Shown: positions 8,737-15,685 of the stretch, piece by piece
How positions within the stretch are numbered: the first letter of the stretch is position 1
Layout: every line of letters begins with the position of its first letter
DNA from: Clostridia bacterium
GTDB taxonomy: Bacteria > Bacillota > Peptococcia > DRI-13 > UBA5745
DNA: 64,000 nucleotides
Direction of reading: 5' to 3'
NCBI GenBank assembly: GCA_018436095.1
Contig: JAHDMJ010000008.1
Location: forward strand, 230,518-294,517
The notes under the pieces: generated by a model
Told to the model about the DNA's origin: nothing
The model's database searches: none
Seen by the model: the letters and a program-made list of their open reading frames with translations, nothing else
Made by a program: the position numbers and the translations under genes

Positions 8737-10962
8737 CTACAGTATTACATCGCGGAGCAACGACCAAAAAGAACTGGAAACGTCGTCGCTATACTCCTCT
8801 GTGCAAATGCATAGTTCGCCGCTCTTTTTATCTTCACGGACAAAACCACCCTTCATGTCGTGTCTTTGCACAAAATCTTTCAATACAGCAAACTTGCGAG
8901 GTGAGAATTTGTCTATATCCTGACTGTTGCCGTATTTATCAAAGCCGCCTTTTGTTTCAATAATCCAGCATTCGCCATTAACACTGATGATATAGTCGGG
9001 AAAGAAAACGCGAACTTTCTGAAAGGCATCCTCGTACACGATGGAAAAATACTCCGATCCTTTATCACCGTTTTTATATAACCATTCTACGGAAGAAGCC
9101 GTTTCGCAGAATTTTTCAAATGCTTTTTCTGAGGAAGAACGAGGAGCGGCAGAAGATAAATAGCCTTCGTAAACATTCTTTTTCCAAATGGTTTGAAGCT
9201 TTTCTGACGCATCATAGGTAAACTCACATTCATGTAAGAATCTGAACTCTTTGTCCGTCCGCTTGTCGTTTAAAGTGTCCGATATCAATCTGATCTGACT
9301 CAGAGTAGCCGCCGATGCATCTCGCACGATATTTTTCAAAAGTTCGCGATTGTTGAGCGTAAAGGCATATAATTCGCTGGTCGTGGTGAATATAAGAATT
9401 TGATAGGTACTCTTATTCGAGTTTTTCATAAAGAACCTTCTGAAAATTGCGTTCAAATGCTCGTATTTTAAACCCACACGCAGAGCAATTTCACCGACAA
9501 TGTGGTGATACTCTCTGCCATGAATAGTTGTGCTTACAGGTGCCTGAATATATGTGGTGTTCAAATCTTGGTAGCTGCTTCTTTCTCCGGCGGCAATAAT
9601 CTCATTTTCTTCAGCGACATACTGCCTTACCTGATCCGAGAAGATAAAGCCGTTAGCTTCCAAGCGTTTTTTATTTTCAACTGTTCTTCCGTCTATGTTA
9701 TATTGCTTTTTGAAATAGCTGTGTATCGCTTTAAGAATCTCTCGTTGATCCCGTGCAAAAGGAACTCCGGAAACTTGTTCACAAGTCAGGCGAACCGATT
9801 TATATTCTGACTTGAGATACAGCGTGGCACCTTCCAGCGCACCTTTTCCGAGACTTTGCTTTACGCTTTCGGTAAATTTTTCGTCAAGTGTAAACAGATA
9901 GCAGCTATCGAGTAACGGATCACCGTAGTGCTTTGCCTCCGGCATCCGGCGGATGCGCCCGATTGTCTGGATTTCAAATGTTTCACTCATATGGTCACGG
10001 AGTTTAACGAGGATGTGTGCTCTTGGGCAGTCCCAGCCTGTAGCAATTGCTTGTTTGATGATTATTGCAATCGGCTTCGCGCTATTCGGTACAATTTCTT
10101 CTTCCGATGAGTTCTCATGCTTTTCGGAAAGACGAACCGCAAGCAATCCGTTGTCATAAGTTATGCCTTTTGCTTCAAACCACTTTTCAACGCCATCCAA
10201 GAGGACATCGTTTTTGTTCGGAAGCTGTACGACAATAAGAGGGTTCACTTTTGAACCACGAGAAGAGAACGACGAATAGAGCTTCCTGTGTTTATCAAGA
10301 GCCTTTGTCAGTAGATAATCTATCTGGTCTGTAACTTCATCGCCTTGCTTTATACCCTCGTTAATAACAAGGACTTTCTTTATAAGCTCTGCGGCAATAA
10401 CCTCCGCTTCCGGCACTTCAATGCGTGTTGCATCGGTGTATGCTTTTGGCGTAGCAGAAGCACGGATGATTTTATCCGTTTTGAAATAATCAATTATTTC
10501 CTTGCCTTTGATGGTGTCCCCTTCATGGCTTTCATCAATTATAATTTTAAAGGAAAGACCAGCGTCAAGAGCGTTTTCTATATGTTCAAGGAAGTTTGTC
10601 CGCTCAGTCGGTTTGAGCGCGTTATTGCTGGACTTGTTCAGCGACTCCCAGTTAATAAAGCAGACATCATTTTCTTCAAAGCCACCTGTCATAACATCTA
10701 AGAGTGTTTTTGTCTGCGAGTTATGGATATACTTATCCATCTTCTTTTTGCTTTGCTCTTCCAGATCGCCTTTGCCCGGAGTAAGCCAAATAAATACCGT
10801 TTTTGCGAATGATTTGAGATACTCATCCATAAAATGGGTGAGTATAATTGTCTTGCCGCTTCCCGTGCAGCTTTTTAGTATAATATCCCGCTTATCATCT
10901 TGCATAGCTACCATAAGGTCAGCAATAGCTTTTAATTGAAAATCAGCTAATGTAATACTCAT
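8737..10962 (-). CDS. res: type III restriction enzyme Res subunit (helicase-nuclease)
   Basis: Motif I SCTGSGKT, motif II IIDESH, motif III ASAT, motif VI QTIGRIRR. A C-terminal PD-(D/E)xK is present (FFPDYIISVNGECWIIETKGG). It starts 5 nt after the stop of a beta-class methyltransferase gene. Confidence 0.8.
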   Translation of the reverse strand: MSITLADFQLKAIADLMVAMQDDKRDIILKSCTGSGKTIILTHFMDEYLKSFAKTVFIWLTPGKGDLEEQSKKKMDKYIHNSQTKTLLDVMTGGFEENDVCFINWESLNKSSNNALKPTERTNFLEHIENALDAGLSFKIIIDESHEGDTIKGKEIIDYFKTDKIIRASATPKAYTDATRIEVPEAEVIAAELIKKVLVINEGIKQGDEVTDQIDYLLTKALDKHRKLYSSFSSRGSKVNPLIVVQLPNKNDVLLDGVEKWFEAKGITYDNGLLAVRLSEKHENSSEEEIVPNSAKPIAIIIKQAIATGWDCPRAHILVKLRDHMSETFEIQTIGRIRRMPEAKHYGDPLLDSCYLFTLDEKFTESVKQSLGKGALEGATLYLKSEYKSVRLTCEQVSGVPFARDQREILKAIHSYFKKQYNIDGRTVENKKRLEANGFIFSDQVRQYVAEENEIIAAGERSSYQDLNTTYIQAPVSTTIHGREYHHIVGEIALRVGLKYEHLNAIFRRFFMKNSNKSTYQILIFTTTSELYAFTLNNRELLKNIVRDASAATLSQIRLISDTLNDKRTDKEFRFLHECEFTYDASEKLQTIWKKNVYEGYLSSAAPRSSSEKAFEKFCETASSVEWLYKNGDKGSEYFSIVYEDAFQKVRVFFPDYIISVNGECWIIETKGGFDKYGNSQDIDKFSPRKFAVLKDFVQRHDMKGGFVREDKKSGELCICTEEYSDDVSSSFWSLLRDVIL

Positions 10963-10967
10963 ATAGA

Positions 10968-12620
10968 TTAACCCTCCAATCCTTTATAGTAATAGTCAGG
11001 AATAACGAACAATTCAATGCCAAGCAATTTAAGCGTTTCTTCCTGTTCGGCGGATAGTAGGACATCATGCCCGACATAGAGCCGCTTGCATGGATTGAGG
11101 GCTTCGGTGTTATCAAAAAAAGAATCAGCTTCTTCATCGGTCAAGACAATGGCGTTCTGGGCATTGTCTGTGAAATTTACGCCGTTTTCCAGTTCGACCA
11201 GTTCCCTCACATGTTCCAGCAATTTCGGCGCATAATCGTAGTAAAAGGTCGGATTGCCGTCTTTATCTTTTTGAGATACAAAATCAACACAGTAATACTT
11301 TAATGACTCCTTGTATTTATCTCTGTCAATAACTCGTCTAATGCGTTCATATGTGACTTCGCGGCAAATATTATTTTCGTTGTTTGTGCAAAGAATAAAG
11401 CGTCTGGTACCGCCATCTTCGGCATTCAGCTTCATAACAGCGTGAGCAGTTGTACCAGAACCTGCGAAGAAGTCAAGAATGGTAGCATTTTTGGACTTTA
11501 GACTAATATCCAGTATTCGCTCGATCAGCCTTATTGGTTTTGGATTTGTAAACATTCCCGCTTTGCCAAAAACGCTTTTCAAATCTCTTGTCCCTTCTTG
11601 GGTATCTCCAACTTCTGCTCTATACCAAATAGTTTTACATACAGTTCCTTGCTGAACTTCGGAAAGAAATGTTTTTATTCGAGGCACATTATTTCCTTTT
11701 GCCCCAAACCAAATTCGGTTATCCTTTTTCAGTGCCTCATAGTTTTCTTGAGATGTTACCCAACTACGGCTGGCTGTAGGGATGACAACTCTTCCTGACG
11801 GAGTTGTGATTGGGTACATATATGCTTCAGATGCCGTTTTTACCGTAAAATCACTTGAAGCCCACACACCTCTTGGATCATTATCGGGATTTGAGTATCT
11901 TTTATCCATTGTTTCAGTTCTACTCAATAAATTGGGATGCCACTTTTCCTTGTTCTTGGCATAAACAAGAATGTGATCATGGCTATCAGATAACCATTTC
12001 GCGTCGTTTTGTGGTGAGAATTTTTTTTCCCAAATAACATTAGCAATAAAATTCTGATAACCAAAAATCTGATCGCAAAGCAACCGCAAAGCTCCGACCT
12101 CATTATCATCTATGGAAATAAAGATAACGCCAAAATCAGACAGAAGGCTCTTAGCAAGCTCCAACCGACGCAACATGAATGAACACCATTTGGAATGTCT
12201 AAATGTATCATTTTTATCTACTAACAAATCAGAGTAAGTAAAACCTTCTTTTAATGTATTGTACGGTGGATCGATATAGATAAGGTCTATCTTTCCACGA
12301 TGCGTTTTTAACAGCAATTGCAAAGAGGCAAGGTTGTCTCCCTCAATGAGAAAGTTCACCTGCCCATCATTGTTGATAAACAAATCAGGTTCTTCAGTAA
12401 GTACAGGTACATTCTCCGCAAGGATTTCATCTATTTCCTCGCGATGCTCTTCAAACACTAAACCATATTTTTTAGACTTGACTTCCTTTTCAAGTTCAGA
12501 TAGGTACACCATCAAAACCCCTGTGTTTTCGTCATGTGGGGTTTCTGCAATATACGTTCGAATGGCTTCGATTTTGTTAATTAAGTTATCCCTTTTTTCT
12601 TTGGAGATATTAGTGCTCAC
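10968..12620 (-). CDS. mod: type III Mod DNA methyltransferase (beta-class N6A/N4C)
   Basis: Motif IV IYIDPPYN precedes motif I LDFFAGSGTTAHA, with a long variable region between them (beta-class order). It is adjacent to Res. Confidence 0.85.
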   Translation of the reverse strand: MSTNISKEKRDNLINKIEAIRTYIAETPHDENTGVLMVYLSELEKEVKSKKYGLVFEEHREEIDEILAENVPVLTEEPDLFINNDGQVNFLIEGDNLASLQLLLKTHRGKIDLIYIDPPYNTLKEGFTYSDLLVDKNDTFRHSKWCSFMLRRLELAKSLLSDFGVIFISIDDNEVGALRLLCDQIFGYQNFIANVIWEKKFSPQNDAKWLSDSHDHILVYAKNKEKWHPNLLSRTETMDKRYSNPDNDPRGVWASSDFTVKTASEAYMYPITTPSGRVVIPTASRSWVTSQENYEALKKDNRIWFGAKGNNVPRIKTFLSEVQQGTVCKTIWYRAEVGDTQEGTRDLKSVFGKAGMFTNPKPIRLIERILDISLKSKNATILDFFAGSGTTAHAVMKLNAEDGGTRRFILCTNNENNICREVTYERIRRVIDRDKYKESLKYYCVDFVSQKDKDGNPTFYYDYAPKLLEHVRELVELENGVNFTDNAQNAIVLTDEEADSFFDNTEALNPCKRLYVGHDVLLSAEQEETLKLLGIELFVIPDYYYKGLEG

Positions 12621-12835
12621 TCAGTTTCCTCCTGTTCAGGCAGAATTTCCATTATGTCTTCAATGCCGCAACTTAGTGCAGCACAAATCTTTACTAATAC
12701 ATCTGTTTGCACATTCTCACCTTTTGTAAGCTTTGCAACCGAAGCAGAGCTGATTCCTGTCATCTGACACAAATCACGCTTCTTTAAATCTTTATCAATC
12801 AACAACTTCCATAGCTTTTTATAGCTAACAATCAC
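12617..12835 (-). CDS. XRE/Cro-type helix-turn-helix regulator (possible controller protein of the operon)
   Basis: 72 aa. LKKRDLCQMTGISSASVAKLTKGENVQTDVLVKICAALSCGIEDI is a typical HTH_XRE. It has a GTG start, and its stop overlaps the mod start by 4 nt. Confidence 0.75.
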   Translation of the reverse strand: MIVSYKKLWKLLIDKDLKKRDLCQMTGISSASVAKLTKGENVQTDVLVKICAALSCGIEDIMEILPEQEETE

Positions 12836-12867
12836 GATTACACCGCCTAAATGTCATTTATTTAATT

Positions 12868-12896
12868 ATTATATTAAATATTGTTGGAAAATACAA
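12868..12896 (-). promoter_or_regulatory. candidate promoter of the HTH-mod-res-hamAB operon
   Basis: On the minus strand: TTGTAT (12896-12891), a 17-nt spacer, TATAAT (12873-12868), ~30 nt upstream of the HTH start. Confidence 0.4.
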
Positions 12897-13004
12897 GCTA
12901 AAACTTCGCGTTCGCAAAATTATTGTTTTTGAAACATAATATTTTATTTTTGTCCATAAACAGATTTAATGTCACTACAGATAATACAAGTTTAATTAAC
13001 TTAA

Positions 13005-14603
13005 TTATACAAGTGGCGCATCGGAAAACGTGCACTTAATCTCAATGCGATCCTTGTCATAGATAATTACCCGGTCGATCAGCGCAACGACAATTTCACG
13101 AGTCAGGCTGCCGTCAAAGGGCAGGTCGAAAAGCACATCATACAATGGGTCTGATATGGTTTCTTTTGGATTTTCTTTTATGGAGAGTTCCATGGCGCGA
13201 ACCTGCTCAGTGAAGCCTTGCAGCTTTCTGTCGGCATCCTCACGTAAGCGAAGGTATTCTTCTTTTTTCATATCTCCGTCACAGAAACGTGTATAAAAGG
13301 ACAGCTTGTCGTTCTCAATGGCATCAATCTGCCGTTCAATGACCTGGATACCTTTCATGCGTTCCATTGTAGCCGCCGTTTGCTTTTCATCCCGGCTCCG
13401 CCGCTTTTTCTCCTTTGCCGCGAATGCACTGTATAATCCACGCAAAGCCGCAAGCACTGTTTCCTCCACAGCGGATACCTTGACACCCTTATGCGGACAA
13501 TCACCGTTTGTATAGAAGGTCTTGTACCCGCACAGATAGGCCGGCTTTTTCGCATTGCTCCGCGACATTACATGACCGCAGCCGCTGCAGCGCACCTTTC
13601 TGGATAACGGACGAACTGTGTGCGGACGTTTTACGATAGATTTTGGGGAGCGGAAAAGGCTCTGAACCGCCTCATATTCCTCCTTGGAAACAATCGCCTC
13701 ATGACGGGTTGGAGAGATATGCCATTGCTCCTTGGGGACAAGATGGTGCCGGTTGTCGCCTACAACACTGCACCGTGTCATGCCCTGCACCAGTAACCCG
13801 GTGTATCGCACATCCTTTAATATCGCCCGGACGGTTCCGTCCGTCCAGACATTATTGGTGTTGTAGCCGACCTTGCGCCCGGTACACTCCAGTTTATAGC
13901 GCCCCGGTGTCAAGATGTTTTCTGTGTTCAGGATTTTTACGATCATCTTCACACCCATGCTATCCAGTGCCATTTTATAAATGCGCTGGACAATGGCGGC
14001 AGCGTCCGGGTCTACCACAATTCTGTGAATATCCGCGCTGTCCTTAATGTAGCCGAACGGGGCGGTTGACGCATGATACTTCCCGCCGTCCCGCAGGGCG
14101 GCAATGCCGGAGCGCACCTTGCGGGAGAGGTCTTTGGAATAGTAGTCGTTACACAGGGATTTGAACGCGACGCTCACATCGCCTGCCGAGCATTCCTGCC
14201 TGGCGCTGTCAAAGCCGTCATTGACACTGATGAACCGTACACGAAGGAAGGGGAAAATCTGCTCAAGATAGTCCCCAACCTCAATGTAGCTCCGCCCGAA
14301 CCGGGAAAAATCCTTCACAAGAATACAATGGATTTCGCCGCGCCTTACTTTTTTCAAAAGCTCTATGATGCCGGGGCGGTTGAAGTTTGTTCCTGTATAA
14401 CCATCGTCGGAAAATTCGAGGAGCTTTGCACCGCACAGGTCAGGGCAGGAAGCAATATAGCTGTCCAGAATATCACGCTGACCCTCAATGCTCTGGCTTT
14501 CGCCGTAGCGCCCATGGCCCTGGCCCGGCAGGTCACTCTCCTCACGGAGAGTGTGGATTGAAGTTCTTGGTATGCTTGTATCAGAGAAAGGAGGCGATGT
14601 CAC
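13005..14603 (-). CDS. large serine recombinase (5' end aberrant; possibly N-terminally truncated)
   Basis: ESQSIEGQRDIL...FSDDGYTGTNFNRPG...ILVKDFSRFGRSY...VRFISVNDGFDS is the resolvase-type catalytic domain. It is followed by the recombinase domain, a Cys-rich zinc-ribbon (CSGCGH...CGY...C) and a coiled coil. The first 24 codons of the track ORF (14532-14603) are CRISPR repeat/spacer DNA. No in-frame ATG lies in the first ~200 codons encoded by the element. Confidence 0.8.
   Translation of the reverse strand: MTSPPFSDTSIPRTSIHTLREESDLPGQGHGRYGESQSIEGQRDILDSYIASCPDLCGAKLLEFSDDGYTGTNFNRPGIIELLKKVRRGEIHCILVKDFSRFGRSYIEVGDYLEQIFPFLRVRFISVNDGFDSARQECSAGDVSVAFKSLCNDYYSKDLSRKVRSGIAALRDGGKYHASTAPFGYIKDSADIHRIVVDPDAAAIVQRIYKMALDSMGVKMIVKILNTENILTPGRYKLECTGRKVGYNTNNVWTDGTVRAILKDVRYTGLLVQGMTRCSVVGDNRHHLVPKEQWHISPTRHEAIVSKEEYEAVQSLFRSPKSIVKRPHTVRPLSRKVRCSGCGHVMSRSNAKKPAYLCGYKTFYTNGDCPHKGVKVSAVEETVLAALRGLYSAFAAKEKKRRSRDEKQTAATMERMKGIQVIERQIDAIENDKLSFYTRFCDGDMKKEEYLRLREDADRKLQGFTEQVRAMELSIKENPKETISDPLYDVLFDLPFDGSLTREIVVALIDRVIIYDKDRIEIKCTFSDAPLV
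14532..14556. repeat. right copy of the 25-nt core (attR-like)
   Basis: Identical to 5466-5490. Here it continues into the proper repeat 3' end, ATTGAAGT. Confidence 0.85.
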
Positions 14604-14631
14604 TCTCCTTACGGAGAGTGTGGATTGAAGT
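14532..14631 (+). CRISPR. CRISPR array, distal part (2 repeats, 1 spacer)
   Basis: GTCACTCTCCTCACGGAGAGTGTGGATTGAAGT (14532-14564), a 34-nt spacer, then GTCACTCTCCTTACGGAGAGTGTGGATTGAAGT (14599-14631). Confidence 0.85.
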
Positions 14632-14800
14632 CTTTTCAGATATAGCTCCTAGAAATTGATGAATAGTCGTATGATAGCGGGTTAGCGTTGCCGGCATCGC
14701 AGAGAAGGGAACTAAACCATAGTCAAGTGATCCGTGGAGCGGATATGTAAAATTTTAATTCTCCTAGCGGAGAACGACTGTGTATCACAACCGGAAAGTC

Positions 14801-14860
14801 AAGGCTTAAAAAGATACGAATATTAGTATATAATATAAGCAAATTTGCTATAACGGATTG
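14801..14860. repeat. direct repeat copy 1 (promoter-like, upstream of the DUF1638 gene)
   Basis: AAGGCTTAAAAAGATACGAATATTAGTATATAATATAAGCAAATTTGCTATAACGGATTG is ~80% identical by eye to 15597-15655 and contains TATAAT. Confidence 0.8.
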
Positions 14861-14876
14861 ACCGTCAGGAGAAAAA

Positions 14877-15605
14877 ATGCGGATACATATAATTGCCTGT
14901 CAGGTATTTAATAGGGAGTTTGCTCATTATATTGCCAAGAGCGACAACATCATTGATGTCTGCTGGCTGGAACAGGGCTTGCACGATACTCCCGTTATTT
15001 TAAAAGAAAAGCTGCAAAACGCTATTTTAGAAGCAGAGAAAAGGAAGAAAAATATACCTGATGCAATCGTCTTGGGATATGGACTTTGCTCTAACGGAGT
15101 AGTTGGGCTTTCTTCTTCTAAATTTCCTCTCGTTGTTCCCCGCACAGACGATTGCATTGCGGTGTTTTTGGGTTCGCAAAAACGATATCTGGAGTATTTT
15201 TATAAAAATAATTCCACCTACTGGCTTAGTTTGGGCTGGATAGAACATGGTTTTGTTCCCAATGAGAAAACGATGTTAGAAAGAAAACAGGGGTATATCA
15301 GAGAGTTTGGGGAAGAAGGGGCAGAGTATTTGTACCAATTTGATATCGATTGGACAAAAAAGTATTCTTATCTCACTTATATTCAAAATAAGTTTTATCA
15401 AAATGAGAACTACTTAAAAGAGGCCCGGGAAATTGCCCTCAATTATGATTGGACTTTAGATATAGCAGAGGCCGACGATTCGCTAATTGAGGATTTAATT
15501 GAAGGCCGATGGGACGAGGAAAGATTTTTGGTCTGTCCTCCAAATCACACAATAGAACTAAGCTATGATGAAACAAAAATAACTGCCACATTAAATAAGG
15601 CTTAA
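14877..15605 (+). CDS. DUF1638 domain protein
   Basis: MRIHIIACQVF...GLHDTP..L...IVLGYGLCSNG...VVPRTDDCIAVFLGS matches the DUF1638 pattern as I remember it. The gene is AT-rich compared with its neighbours. Confidence 0.65.
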   Translation: MRIHIIACQVFNREFAHYIAKSDNIIDVCWLEQGLHDTPVILKEKLQNAILEAEKRKKNIPDAIVLGYGLCSNGVVGLSSSKFPLVVPRTDDCIAVFLGSQKRYLEYFYKNNSTYWLSLGWIEHGFVPNEKTMLERKQGYIREFGEEGAEYLYQFDIDWTKKYSYLTYIQNKFYQNENYLKEAREIALNYDWTLDIAEADDSLIEDLIEGRWDEERFLVCPPNHTIELSYDETKITATLNKA

Positions 15606-15655
15606 AGAAATACTGATTTTAGTATATAATATAAACAAATCGTTATAGCTAATTG
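15597..15655. repeat. direct repeat copy 2 (overlaps the DUF1638 stop; likely TrmH-family gene promoter)
   Basis: AAGGCTTAAAGAAATACTGATTTTAGTATATAATATAAACAAATCGTTATAGCTAATTG. TATAAT lies at 15625-15630. Confidence 0.8.
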
Positions 15656-15685
15656 CGGAAAAACACTAAACTTGGAGAACCCACT

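Larger units (their letters stand above)
5491..14531 (-). mobile_element. integrated ~9-kb serine-recombinase element carrying a defence operon, inserted in a CRISPR repeat
   Basis: It is bounded by identical 25-nt cores. Removing it restores a regular 6-repeat array. The recombinase gene abuts the right end. The cargo is visibly AT-rich compared with the flanks. Confidence 0.75.

Noticed and set aside
12901-12925. GC-rich TTCGCGTTCGCA inside the AT-rich spacer upstream of the HTH gene, as a possible C-box operator
   Set aside because: It is a short direct repeat (TTCGCG/TTCGCA), not the inverted repeat expected of controller-protein boxes. The evidence is insufficient.
14363-14545. Alternative frame of the recombinase 5' region containing A-L-R-V-S, which looks like the catalytic YxRVS motif
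   Set aside because: That frame overlaps the clearly correct frame (ESQSIEGQ...DDGYTGTNFNRPG) instead of preceding it. The RVS is therefore coincidental, not a frameshifted N-terminus.
5229-14598. Possible self-targeting: compared the five spacers by eye with the inserted element and the rest of the window
   Set aside because: I found no convincing match. A proper search (BLASTN-short, both strands) is needed, so no claim is made.
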